Part shown: positions 1 to 9,717 of the stretch, one piece after another
Layout: every line of letters starts with the position of its first letter
Numbering within the stretch: the first letter of the stretch is position 1
Origin: Candidatus Omnitrophota bacterium
Lineage (GTDB): Bacteria; Omnitrophota; Gorgyraeia; 2-01-FULL-45-10
Length of the DNA: 64,000 nt
Assembly (NCBI GenBank): GCA_041663425.1
Contig: JBAYMS010000001.1
Coordinates: 8,884 to 72,883 of the forward strand
Reading direction: 5' to 3'
The notes under the pieces: model-generated
What the model saw: only the letters and a program-made list of their open reading frames with translations
Databases searched by the model: none
Told to the model about the DNA's origin: nothing
Made by a program: the position numbers and the translations under genes

Positions 1-168
1 CTCTGAGCCCAACTCTTTAAGTTCGCTGCGTGGGAGGGTCTTCTCCCTCATCTGCAATATATCCACACCGCCGGAAATCGCAAGCCTGGCGATTTCTGCC
101 GCAGGCCTTCCTTTGCCGCATTCTCCACTCAATACGAGATATAAGTTATGCTCTTTTAATTTGCTCAT
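1..168 (-). CDS. thiE: Thiamine-phosphate synthase (ThiE), N-terminal part; the gene runs off the window edge
   Basis: The reverse-strand translation starting at the ATG at 166-168 reads MSKLKEHNLYLVLSGECGKGRPAAEIARLAISGGVDILQMREK..., which resembles ThiE N-termini. It is open to position 1. Confidence 0.55.
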   Translation of the reverse strand, partial: MSKLKEHNLYLVLSGECGKGRPAAEIARLAISGGVDILQMREKTLPRSELKELGSE

Positions 169-219
169 AGATAAAAAACCCTCGCACCATACACCAAACT
201 TATGCTGTCAAGGCTGTTC

Positions 220-1218
220 TCACAGTCTTAAGCGTTCAACATCCTCGATTGTAGCAGGTTTTACAGAGATAGTCTTTTTATCCGCCGAACCCGCCTGCCA
301 ATAATAGACGTTCAGTAATGGTTCGTTCCTGAACTTTGTATGATACGCCGCGACGCCTGCGGCCAGGGCAATGGTATTTTCATCGCCACCACCACGCAAA
401 ACCGCCAGAGGTCCCTGGTAATCTTTTAACTTAAACATGATATCTGTCTTTCCTGCCATCTCCTGAAGCGCCTCATTCTCATCCTGGTCTCTTCCCACAG
501 CCAGCTTAGCCGCTGAAGATATCCTGAAGTGACGTCCGACCGTCAGGAACTTCAGATTCTGGGGTGAGAGTTCATTGTGCTGTATAAGGTCTTTAACCCT
601 CTTCGTAAAACCGGGGTCGGTAAGAAGACACCCGCCTGCCGGGTTCGGATATTGTTTTATACCATATTGTTCGGCCAGGGTAAATTGCGGCTTACGCGAC
701 CGGCCGGATATGGCAAGCAGCCTTTCTCTGTCAACAGCACCGTCTTTTTCCGGCACTGTAGGCTCGAGCAGTTTTGCCGATAGGGGTCTGAGCAGAAAAC
801 CTTTTAAACCGGAATCTCTTGTAATGATGTTAAGCGCATCGAGCCTCTGAGACATCGGCCGCTCACCGAGCACTTCTCCCGTTATGATAAATGATGCCCC
901 AAACTCGGCCATCATTTCTTTAGCTTTTTTAAGCATAAATATTTTACAGTCGATGCACGGATTTATATTTGCACCATATCCATGGCTGGGATTTTTGAGG
1001 ACACTTATATATTCTTCGGTAATATCGACGACTCTGATCGGCACGTCGAGCGCCTTGGCAGCTTTCGTCGCGACATTCTCACCATCCTGCATGATGCAGG
1101 CGCAGAAATCTATAGAAAAATTTACCGCCTGGACCTCGACATTCTGTTCCTGCATCAGCTTTACGGCAAGAATGCTGTCAAGTCCGCCTGAAAACATAGC
1201 AATACACTTTTTGTTCAT
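220..1218 (-). CDS. PP-loop superfamily ATP pyrophosphatase, ThiI-like sulfurtransferase
   Basis: It has an N-terminal SGGLDS PP-loop motif, a CIDCK cysteine motif and a ThiI-like GEVLGERPMSQ segment. It lies next to thiE. The exact family is uncertain. Confidence 0.5.
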   Translation of the reverse strand: MNKKCIAMFSGGLDSILAVKLMQEQNVEVQAVNFSIDFCACIMQDGENVATKAAKALDVPIRVVDITEEYISVLKNPSHGYGANINPCIDCKIFMLKKAKEMMAEFGASFIITGEVLGERPMSQRLDALNIITRDSGLKGFLLRPLSAKLLEPTVPEKDGAVDRERLLAISGRSRKPQFTLAEQYGIKQYPNPAGGCLLTDPGFTKRVKDLIQHNELSPQNLKFLTVGRHFRISSAAKLAVGRDQDENEALQEMAGKTDIMFKLKDYQGPLAVLRGGGDENTIALAAGVAAYHTKFRNEPLLNVYYWQAGSADKKTISVKPATIEDVERLRL

Positions 1219-1257
1219 ATTGATGATTATAGCTTAGTGCGGAGCAAAACTGAAGAA

Positions 1258-3705
1258 TTAGTTTCTGCGCGGCGGAATAAACCTCTCTATCCTGTCCAGG
1301 CAGAATATGACTTCCTTTCGATTTATAGCATCGAACGGAATATATATCTGATACACCCCTTTGCCGCCATTCTTTATTCCTCCCCAGATAAAATAACAGC
1401 CTTTTTTTATTATGGAGTTCAGACGCATCTGCGCATTATTCCAATCGACAAAATAAAAATTCTTAATAGCATCGGCAGGGTCATCATAGCTTGAATCCGA
1501 GAACCATCTTCCCTCTATCCATGATTTTTTCTCCACCTTGGTGCCGTTTTCATCACAATGGAAGAACCTGTTTATAAATATATTTTTTTTCGCAACATAC
1601 ACCTTCATCGGACCGTCAAAATTTTCTGCGTTCTGGCCCAGTTCAGCCATAAGTTTTTTCGCAATTTCAGGCGGGGCAGTATCGTATTGCAGCCTATCCT
1701 TTATATTAAATTTTACCGTATTGTGGCTCTCGCCGAACAGCTCATATGAATTATTTTCATTAAGCTCGTCATACTTTACCGGAACGCTCACCCACCGTCC
1801 TTTTTCCCCATCGCCCCCGGGACCCTTTTTAGCTTTTTGTCCGCGATCTATTACTATCGTTTTATACGATTCTTTCCATAGAGAATCAAATTTTTCTTTA
1901 TATTCTTTGACAGCGCACGGAATAAAGACAAGACTTTCTCTCTCTTTGGTTTTTTTACCATCCCAATCATAACTGCCGGTAACCGTCTCATTTCCTATGA
2001 CTACAAACTCATTGCTCATGAGGCGCTTGCTTACACGATCATAGGTTATCGAAATATCTCCCCTTCGATAATTATTGATTCCCGAGACAGCCTCCTGCCG
2101 TTCAGCTTTTTTCTGAAGATCGCAAAAGTACTTTTTTATGATCCCTTTCTTTTGCTGGCTCGGATCAAGCAGGATTTGAATATTAACTCCCGATTCTCTG
2201 GCATCGAATAACGCTTTTGCTATTTTTTTATTTGTGAAAGAATGTTGCGCTATGCGTATGCTGGTATCTTCTGCGGGATGTTCCAGTTTACGTATCTTTG
2301 CTTTGTGGATAGAATTTATTATTGCTGTTTCACATTCGCATTGGCTGGAAAAATATGCTCTTACACCGTCGGGCGGTGAAAGATTTCGCGGTAACAGCCG
2401 TTTTTCGCCTCCCCACAGATAATCAAATTCCTCCTGAAAGCCGTCGGCATATTGTGTTAGAACGAGGCTGTCTTCGTTTATTTTTCCCGCTTTCTCGTCC
2501 CAATCAGAGCTGCCTGTCACTACAACCTTTTTATCGACAATAATAAACTTATCATGCATAAGGCCATTGCGCGAATCATACATTATATTCACTCCGCACT
2601 TTACCAGTTTTTTACTTATATCATCGTCCGCCTGGTCCTTGTTTAACACGATCCTTACCCTGACACCCGGCCGCCTGTTTTTCAGTGCACTCAACAAGAC
2701 GTCGGATTTAAAATTATACATGACTATATCGATCGCATTGTGAGCATTTGCGATTTCTTTGGACAAAGAACCAAGGGAACTGCCGTCCGGTGAAAATAAA
2801 ACACGCGCAGGTTCGTATGCCTTCACACTGTCTATTACTGTATAGTTTAATTTGCCCTGTATCGCTTCTATGTCTTTACGATTTTTACCGTCATTGTGCC
2901 TGGCGAGGATCTCCAATACACGGCGCCGCTCAGCGGTATTGTCCATGAGATCATCCGTTATTCTGTATTCGTATCCACCGGACATTGCTGTATTTGCCGT
3001 AACCAATCCCATCTGCGCGAGCAGATCCAGGCTGCGATAAACCTTCTGTGGAGATATTTCCATTTTTTTTGCATATTCCGAAACTGTGGCTTTTCCCTTA
3101 AAGTTATACGTAAGGCATTTCAATACTTCGCTCACCGGCAAAGGTCCTGCCCTGTTATTTTCCTCTGTGATTTCTTTGTATTTTTCACAGCTTAACTCTT
3201 CAACAAAAATCCTGCGGAAAGACCGTGACCCGACCTCTATATGATTAAACGTTCTGGCCCTGCTTTTATTGCGGAAATAATGGAAAACTTTGGCACTCGA
3301 ACCGGGTCTTTGCCTATAAGTTATGTATACCCCGTCCTGTATATCGATTTTTTCTATTTTCACCCTGCTGCAATTCGGCAATTTTATAATACGCCGGAGA
3401 TCGCTAAGCGAAAGTCCTGCTTCCAGTCCTCTCGATACAAAAAAAGCTGTGTAAAGAAATGTTGTATCGCTTTCTAATTTTTCTTTCGTGTCGTTTGTAT
3501 CGCTACATACCTTAAGCTGATTATCGGCGTTTGTGATTTTCACCAATGGCGCAAATTGTGAGTTAGGGCTTATGCTTTGAATGTCGGGATAAATGGGGGC
3601 ATCGCTTAATAGCGCATATAATAAAAAAGACCATGCGGCGATCTTTATCCCACATGGTCTATGCGGCTTTTTTGCAAACCTGCTTTCTACTAAAACAATA
3701 CTCAC
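1258..3705 (-). CDS. Multidomain protein: HTH-like segment, one intact HKD (phospholipase D/Nuc-like) domain, a degenerate second HKD-like region and a C-terminal domain of unknown function
   Basis: The intact HKD motif is LMHDKFIIVDKKVVVTGSSDWDEKAGKINEDSLVL (HxKxxxxD...GS...N). A second copy, MSNEFVVIGNETVTGSYDWD, has lost the H and K. An upstream MarR-like stretch reads YAKKMEISPQKVYRSLDLLAQMGLVTA. The start codon is uncertain. Confidence 0.5.
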   Translation of the reverse strand: MSIVLVESRFAKKPHRPCGIKIAAWSFLLYALLSDAPIYPDIQSISPNSQFAPLVKITNADNQLKVCSDTNDTKEKLESDTTFLYTAFFVSRGLEAGLSLSDLRRIIKLPNCSRVKIEKIDIQDGVYITYRQRPGSSAKVFHYFRNKSRARTFNHIEVGSRSFRRIFVEELSCEKYKEITEENNRAGPLPVSEVLKCLTYNFKGKATVSEYAKKMEISPQKVYRSLDLLAQMGLVTANTAMSGGYEYRITDDLMDNTAERRRVLEILARHNDGKNRKDIEAIQGKLNYTVIDSVKAYEPARVLFSPDGSSLGSLSKEIANAHNAIDIVMYNFKSDVLLSALKNRRPGVRVRIVLNKDQADDDISKKLVKCGVNIMYDSRNGLMHDKFIIVDKKVVVTGSSDWDEKAGKINEDSLVLTQYADGFQEEFDYLWGGEKRLLPRNLSPPDGVRAYFSSQCECETAIINSIHKAKIRKLEHPAEDTSIRIAQHSFTNKKIAKALFDARESGVNIQILLDPSQQKKGIIKKYFCDLQKKAERQEAVSGINNYRRGDISITYDRVSKRLMSNEFVVIGNETVTGSYDWDGKKTKERESLVFIPCAVKEYKEKFDSLWKESYKTIVIDRGQKAKKGPGGDGEKGRWVSVPVKYDELNENNSYELFGESHNTVKFNIKDRLQYDTAPPEIAKKLMAELGQNAENFDGPMKVYVAKKNIFINRFFHCDENGTKVEKKSWIEGRWFSDSSYDDPADAIKNFYFVDWNNAQMRLNSIIKKGCYFIWGGIKNGGKGVYQIYIPFDAINRKEVIFCLDRIERFIPPRRN

Positions 3706-3879
3706 AGGATTTCACCTTTCTTTAAAAAGGCGGGCATAAAAAAATGCCTGGCGAAAATATGCCAAGCATTTATTCAGTATTTTTAAAGCCTATAAAAGCT
3801 TACATTAAGAATGGGGATAAAGCAATAGGCGGGAGGCTACCTTTTTTATCTTTAATCAACTAAATTTAACAAAAGATTA

Positions 3880-5184
3880 TCACTGCTTTTTAAGATTTTC
3901 AAGCCATTCTTTGATCTTTTTCTCGTAACCCATCTCGGTTGGGATGTAATAAGCCTTGCTGGAGGGCTTATATTCCTGCTTCACATAATGATTTTTGAAA
4001 TCGTGCGCATATTTGTAATCTTTGCCGTGTCCGAATGCATCGGAATCCATAGTAGCATCTTTGAGGTGGTTAGGCACTTCCAGGACCTTACCCTCCTCAA
4101 CATCTTTCATAGCTGCCTCTATGCCCAGATACGCCGCATTTGACTTAGGTGCACATGCTACATAAACGGCTGCCTGGGCAAGCGGTATGCGCGCTTCCGG
4201 CATTCCGACAAATTCCGACACCTGCAGCGCCGCATTCGCTATTACTATCGCCTGCGGGTCTGCGTTACCCACATCTTCTGCCGCACATATCACGATTCTG
4301 CGGGCTATAAACCGCGGATCTTCGCCTGCGTAGATCATCTTTGCCAGCCAATAAAGCGCTGCGTCCGGATCCGAGCCTCTCATAGACTTTATGAATGCGG
4401 AGATCGTGTCGTAATGCCCGTCTTCGTCTTTGTCATACAATACGGACTTCTTCTGTATCGACTCCTCGGCAACTTTAAGCGTAAAATGTATTTTTTTGTC
4501 TTTGGCGGCAAGGGTGGTCAGCGCTCCTACCTCAAGCGCAGAAAGAGCCCTCCTCGCATCACCATCTGAAACTTTAGCCAGATGCTCCAGCGCTCCGGCC
4601 TCTATCTCAACCGGCATCTTACCAAGTCCGCGCTCTTTGTCTGCCAAAGCCTTTTTTAATATTGTAATTATATTTTCGTCTGAAAGTTTCTTGTATTCGA
4701 AAACCTGGGACCGGGACAGTAAGGCGGCATTTACGTAAAAGAACGGGTTATGTGTTGTTGTGCCTATCAGTATTGGGTTGCCGGCTTCAACATCCGGCAT
4801 AAGCACATCCTGCTGCGCCTTATTAAACCGGTGTATCTCGTCGACTAAAAGTATTGTCCGTTTGCCGCTGGTCGCTTCGCGCTTATGCGCCTGTTCTATT
4901 ATACGCCGCATGTCCGCGACATTGTTTGACGCGGCGTTTATACGCTCAAAATGGGAATTCGTCTTCTCGCTTATTATAAGAGCAAGTGTAGTCTTGCCGC
5001 AACCAGGAGGGCCATAAAGAATTATCGAGGAGATAGTATCGGATTCGATCAGACGGCGCAACAGCTTATCTTTGCCGAGGATATGTTCCTGGCCTACAAA
5101 ATCATCGAGCGACCCGGGCCTCATACGCGAGGCCATAGGCTCATTTTCTTTTATTTTAATTTTTTCTTTTTCGAATAGATCCAT
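3880..5184 (-). CDS. rarA: Replication-associated recombination protein A (AAA+ ATPase RarA/MgsA)
   Basis: It has the Walker A motif GPPGCGKTTLA and the C-terminal MgsA-type helical domain WLAKMIYAGEDPRFIARR. Confidence 0.9.
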   Translation of the reverse strand: MDLFEKEKIKIKENEPMASRMRPGSLDDFVGQEHILGKDKLLRRLIESDTISSIILYGPPGCGKTTLALIISEKTNSHFERINAASNNVADMRRIIEQAHKREATSGKRTILLVDEIHRFNKAQQDVLMPDVEAGNPILIGTTTHNPFFYVNAALLSRSQVFEYKKLSDENIITILKKALADKERGLGKMPVEIEAGALEHLAKVSDGDARRALSALEVGALTTLAAKDKKIHFTLKVAEESIQKKSVLYDKDEDGHYDTISAFIKSMRGSDPDAALYWLAKMIYAGEDPRFIARRIVICAAEDVGNADPQAIVIANAALQVSEFVGMPEARIPLAQAAVYVACAPKSNAAYLGIEAAMKDVEEGKVLEVPNHLKDATMDSDAFGHGKDYKYAHDFKNHYVKQEYKPSSKAYYIPTEMGYEKKIKEWLENLKKQ

Positions 5185-5423
5185 ATTAAATAAAAAAATC
5201 CCCGCCTGTGCCGTGTGAACTTAATAATTTTGATCCCGATTCTCATCAGGTGGGAGCCCTCGAACAAACGCCAAAGCGTTTAACCAGTTAGGCCCCCGAT
5301 TCTAAATTATTGGGTCAAAATTTCTAATTCAATCACGCGCACCGCAGGGATATTTCTATTCCTAAATAAAGTATATCATACGATTACCGCAAAGGCAAAT
5401 TACGCCCGGGCGGTGCGATGGTT

Positions 5424-7463
5424 CTATCGTAATTTTGCGTCGAGTTTTTCTTCAAGTACACGCAGAATATTTGAATGGACAGACGTAACATCTTTTTCTT
5501 CGAGAGTTTTGGACAGATCAGCGTATTCAAGCCTGTAGGTAAGACTAACCTTACCGTCGGGAATCTGTTTACCGGCATATCTGTCGATCAGTTTTATCTC
5601 TTTTAGGATCGTCCCTGCCGTAGATTTTACCAGGTCGATAAGATCGGCATTTAAAACATCTTTGGGTACTACAAGCGACATGTCCCTGTGAGCTGACGGG
5701 TATTTCGGAAGCTCTACAAATCGCTTTTTAAGATTAGCGTGTTTTATTATAGTTTCCAGCGACAGCTCGCAGAAATATACATTGTCTTTGACGTCAAATT
5801 TATTAAGCATCTCCCTGTAAACCTCGCCTATCATGCCTATCACTTCTCCGGATATCTCAATAGATGCAGAGCATGAACGGGAATAAATATCGCCTGAGGT
5901 GGTTTTGAAAATTACTTTATCTATGCCGAGCGCTGATAAGGCCGCCTCTACCATTCCTTTTAGATCAAAAAAGCTGCAGGCCCTGGCGCCTTCTATCCAA
6001 CTCGTCACCTCTCCGGTAATGCCTATCGATAGATGTTTTTTTTCGGCAAATTTAATATCCGATTCTCTTATATATATTTTACCTATCTCAAAAAGTTTCA
6101 GATCTTTTGCTTTCCTGTTTATATTCCATAATATCGAGGAAAGCATGCCCGAGACAAGATTCGGCCGCATCACTTCCTGCTCGCTCGATAGCGGATTCTT
6201 TATCTCAACTATGGTGTTCAAAGCCGTATCAGAAACCGTAAGCATATTCTTACCAAGCAAACTATAGGTTATGATCTCGTCCGCACCCAATCCAGTCAGT
6301 ATTGTCCTTACTATTGTTTCGACTGTCATCTCAACGGGGATTTTGTTCTCCTGCTCCACTATTTCAGGTATGGTGCTCGGTATTTTATTATAACCATATA
6401 TGCGGGCCACCTCTTCCACCACGTCTATCTCTGTGTTAAGATCATACCGGAATGGCGGCGGTTCCACCACTATGCCGCTCTTTGAAGTTTTCTTTATCTT
6501 CATACCGAGGGAACTGATAATTCTCTTTGCCGTAAGCGCGGGTACTTCTATCCCCAAAGTTGCCTCAAGCTTTGAAAACCGTAACGTTATCGTTTTTTTA
6601 GCTGGAATATTTTTGCCTATGTCGATAAAATTACAAATTTCACCGCGGGCCGTTTCTTTTATAAGTGACGCCGCCCGCGAAGAGGAATACACTATATTAT
6701 TTATATCTATCTTTCTTTCAAACCGATAGCTTGAATCAGTAGATATGCCGAGCGATCGGGCAGTTCTTCTCACGGATATCTGGTCAAATGAAGCAGCTTC
6801 AAGTAGTATATTTTTCGTTGCGTTTGTAACTTCTGTATTTATACCGCCCATCACTCCGGCGATCGCGATCGCTTTCACTTTATCGGCTATTACAAGCATG
6901 GACTCGGTAAGAGTTCTTTCGACACCATCGATCGTGACTATCTTTTCGCCCTTGCGCGCCTTCCTTATAATGATCTCGCCGCCTTCGATTTTATCCATAT
7001 CGAAAGCATGCATGGGCTGGCCGGTTTCGAATAAACAGAAATTGGTTATATCGACAACGTTATTGACCGGGCGCAGGTTCATTGCATCAAGTTTTTTTCT
7101 GATCCCATCTGCGGAATCCGCGACTTTTACATCTTTTATAACCTGCAGCGTATATCTGGGACATAAGGTTTTTTCTTCAACGTTAACTTTTATCCCGGCT
7201 TTATCTTTGGAAGTTTTTATTTTCGGAAGGATGGGCAGTTTAAGTTTATTACCCGTAATGGCAGAAAGCTCTCTTGCCACTCCTATGTGCGATAGCCAAT
7301 CGGGCCTATTCGCAGTAACTTCTATTTCCAGAATGTAGTCGCTGCCTTCTTTATGCAAGATAGACTCTGTTGTAAGCCCGGACATTGTCAGCAGTTCTGC
7401 CAACTTTTCGGGCGCAGCATTCAGATTTATATAGTCTTTTAACCAGTTATAGCTTATGCGCAT
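5424..7463 (-). CDS. pheT: Phenylalanine--tRNA ligase beta subunit
   Basis: It begins with the PheT-typical MRISYNWLKDYINL and lies immediately downstream of pheS. It is a shorter form (679 aa). Confidence 0.9.
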   Translation of the reverse strand: MRISYNWLKDYINLNAAPEKLAELLTMSGLTTESILHKEGSDYILEIEVTANRPDWLSHIGVARELSAITGNKLKLPILPKIKTSKDKAGIKVNVEEKTLCPRYTLQVIKDVKVADSADGIRKKLDAMNLRPVNNVVDITNFCLFETGQPMHAFDMDKIEGGEIIIRKARKGEKIVTIDGVERTLTESMLVIADKVKAIAIAGVMGGINTEVTNATKNILLEAASFDQISVRRTARSLGISTDSSYRFERKIDINNIVYSSSRAASLIKETARGEICNFIDIGKNIPAKKTITLRFSKLEATLGIEVPALTAKRIISSLGMKIKKTSKSGIVVEPPPFRYDLNTEIDVVEEVARIYGYNKIPSTIPEIVEQENKIPVEMTVETIVRTILTGLGADEIITYSLLGKNMLTVSDTALNTIVEIKNPLSSEQEVMRPNLVSGMLSSILWNINRKAKDLKLFEIGKIYIRESDIKFAEKKHLSIGITGEVTSWIEGARACSFFDLKGMVEAALSALGIDKVIFKTTSGDIYSRSCSASIEISGEVIGMIGEVYREMLNKFDVKDNVYFCELSLETIIKHANLKKRFVELPKYPSAHRDMSLVVPKDVLNADLIDLVKSTAGTILKEIKLIDRYAGKQIPDGKVSLTYRLEYADLSKTLEEKDVTSVHSNILRVLEEKLDAKLR

Positions 7464-7466
7464 ATA

Positions 7467-8507
7467 TTAAAATTGTTTCAGGAACCTCTCGTCGTTCTCA
7501 AAAAACAGCCTTATGTCATTTACTCCATACTTAAGTATTGCTATCCTGTCAGCTCCCATGCCGAATGCAAATCCGGTATATTTTTCCGGATCATATCCTA
7601 CATTTTTAAACACCTTCGGATTTACCATGCCTGAACCCAATATCTCTATCCAGCCTTTACCGCCGCAGAGACTGCATCTGGCATGACCCTTAGATCCCGA
7701 TCCTTGCCCTCCGCAAAGTATGCATGATATATCTACTTCGGCGCTGGGTTCCGTGAAAGGAAAGAAACTCGGACGGAAACGCATTCTTGTAGATTTTCCA
7801 AATAACTGCTTTGCAAATACTTCTAAAACACCTTTGAGATCGGAAAATTTTATTGATTTTCCTACTACCAGCCCCTCGATCTGATGGAACATGAAGGAGT
7901 GAGATGCGTCGGTAGCGTCAGGCCTGTAAACTTTCCCCGGAACGATTATCGAAAATGGCGGTTTATTCTTTTCCATAAAGCGCGCCTGTACTGGAGATGT
8001 ATGGCTTCTTAAAAGATATTTTTCTGCGGACTTCAGATAAAAAGTATCGAAAGCATCCCTGGAGGGATGTTCCAGCGGTATGTTCAGAGCTTCAAAATTA
8101 TAACGCTCAGTCTCTATTTCCGGCCCCTCGACTATCTTAAAACCAAGCGAGACGAATACTGAGCATATTTCGTTTATTGTCTGCGTAATAGGATGTATCT
8201 TGCCGGGTTTTCTGGCAATGCCGGGCAGCGTTACATCAATACGGTCTTTGATTTCTTCGGCATGCGAAGCTACAGCCAGCTTATCATCAAGCGTCTTGGT
8301 AAGAGTGTTCTTAAGGGCATTTACAAGGACACCTACCTCGGGTTTTTCGGCAGCGGGAAGGAGCGCCATTTTTTTAAACAACTCCGTCACCACACCTTTA
8401 CGCCCGAGATATTTTATCCTTAGAGTCTCCAGACAAGCCTTGTCGGTATTTGATGAACCTATCTCGGCAAGTGCTTCGGCTTCTATTTTTTTAAGCTCTT
8501 CTTTCAT
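7467..8507 (-). CDS. pheS: Phenylalanine--tRNA ligase alpha subunit, with a CxxC...CxxC insertion
   Basis: It has the class II aaRS motifs FPFTEPSAEVD and GMGADRIAILKYG. The insertion reads CILCGGQGSGSKGHARCSLCGG. Confidence 0.9.
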   Translation of the reverse strand: MKEELKKIEAEALAEIGSSNTDKACLETLRIKYLGRKGVVTELFKKMALLPAAEKPEVGVLVNALKNTLTKTLDDKLAVASHAEEIKDRIDVTLPGIARKPGKIHPITQTINEICSVFVSLGFKIVEGPEIETERYNFEALNIPLEHPSRDAFDTFYLKSAEKYLLRSHTSPVQARFMEKNKPPFSIIVPGKVYRPDATDASHSFMFHQIEGLVVGKSIKFSDLKGVLEVFAKQLFGKSTRMRFRPSFFPFTEPSAEVDISCILCGGQGSGSKGHARCSLCGGKGWIEILGSGMVNPKVFKNVGYDPEKYTGFAFGMGADRIAILKYGVNDIRLFFENDERFLKQF

Positions 8508-8528
8508 CTGCTAAGCTTTACGTTCCTG

Positions 8529-8876
8529 CTATGCTTTTACTGCTTCTACAAGTTTTGTAAATGCCTTTTTATCAGAAACTGCAAGTTCCGCCAGTATCTT
8601 TCTGTCTATAAGAACTTTTATCTTCTTGAGGCCGTTCATGAACTTCGAGTAAGATATTTCGTTCTCTCTGCAGGCTGCATTGATCCTGACTATCCAAAGC
8701 GAACGGAAATCGCGTTTACGCGCTTTACGGTCTCTGGTGGCATACATCATGCCTTTTGCCACGGACTCCATAGCGCGTTTATGAAAACGCGACCTGCCGC
8801 CCCATTGGCCTTCGGCAAGTTTCATTACCCTTTTTTTACGTTTATGTGCCGCTACTGCATGTTTTACTTTTGACAT
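8529..8876 (-). CDS. rplT: 50S ribosomal protein L20
   Basis: It is 115 aa and very basic, and it sits in the infC-rpmI-rplT order. Confidence 0.9.
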   Translation of the reverse strand: MSKVKHAVAAHKRKKRVMKLAEGQWGGRSRFHKRAMESVAKGMMYATRDRKARKRDFRSLWIVRINAACRENEISYSKFMNGLKKIKVLIDRKILAELAVSDKKAFTKLVEAVKA

Positions 8877-8887
8877 TGATCCCCCTT

Positions 8888-9088
8888 TTAAGCGCCGTAG
8901 GGCAGAAGCTTATTCATAGCGGACTCAAAACCTTTCGCTACAAATCCTGCCTTAGATAATTGGCGTTTTCTTTTTGCCGTTCTGCCCGTCAATAGATGGC
9001 TCTTATTGGCTTTGAACCTTTTTATCTTGCCGGACTTCGTTGTTCTCATTCTTTTTTTAACACTTCTGTTCGTCTTTAGTTTTGGCAT
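8888..9088 (-). CDS. rpmI: 50S ribosomal protein L35
   Basis: It is 66 aa and reads MPKLKTNRSVKKRMRTTKSGK... Confidence 0.9.
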   Translation of the reverse strand: MPKLKTNRSVKKRMRTTKSGKIKRFKANKSHLLTGRTAKRKRQLSKAGFVAKGFESAMNKLLPYGA

Positions 9089-9201
9089 CGTCTTTCTCCT
9101 TTGTTATATCAAACCATTCATAAGTTGCAAATTATAAGCTGCGAATAAATGCCTTGCTGTTACGGCTAAAGCTTAAAGCTGGTATTTACCTGACTTTGCT
9201 C

Positions 9202-9717
9202 TTATTTCGCCCTTATAACCATATTTATAAACCGGCCTTCTTGTCTGGGCGGCTCTTCTATTTCGCCTATCTGGGAAATATCGCTCGATAATCTGTCCAG
9301 TATCTTTCTGCCAAGGTCGACGTGGGCCATTTCTCTGCCTTTAAACATCATCGTGACTTTCACTTTGTCGCCTCGTTTCAAAAAGTCTTCCAGATTTCTT
9401 ACTTTAAACTGGTAGTCGTGCTCTCCTATCTTAGGGCTTAGGCGTATTTCTTTAAGACGCACTACTTTTTGTTTTTTACGAGCCTCTTTTTCCCTCTTCT
9501 CCTGTTCGTATTTATACTTTGAGTAATCCATTATTCTGCAAACAGGCGGCACAGCTGTTGGCGCTACTTCGACCAGGTCCAGGCCCGCTTCTTCAGCTCT
9601 TTTTAATGCATCCGGTGTTGCTAATACTCCGAGCTGCTCGCCGGCTTCTCCGACAACCCTGACCTCCCTGACTCTTATCCGGTTATTGATCCTCAAGTCT
9701 TTCTTAGCGATAGTCAA
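9202..9717 (-). CDS. infC: Translation initiation factor IF-3; the apparent start codon is TTG
   Basis: It has IF-3 N- and C-domain sequence (RVREVRVVGEAGEQLGV...). The reverse complement of 9715-9717 is TTG, which fits IF-3 genes that use rare start codons. It abuts the thrS stop. Confidence 0.9.
   Translation of the reverse strand: MTIAKKDLRINNRIRVREVRVVGEAGEQLGVLATPDALKRAEEAGLDLVEVAPTAVPPVCRIMDYSKYKYEQEKREKEARKKQKVVRLKEIRLSPKIGEHDYQFKVRNLEDFLKRGDKVKVTMMFKGREMAHVDLGRKILDRLSSDISQIGEIEEPPRQEGRFINMVIRAK

Noticed and set aside
5185-5423. Repeated CCCGATTCT motifs and an AACGC-CAAA-GCGTT palindrome in the rarA-pheT spacer
   Set aside because: They are short and imperfect. This is most likely an ordinary promoter or terminator region, and no defined RNA or repeat family could be supported.
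9089-9201. Possible L20-binding autoregulatory structure between infC and rpmI
   Set aside because: The spacer is 113 nt and may fold. I could not identify the pseudoknot or mimic features with any confidence, so it is left unannotated.
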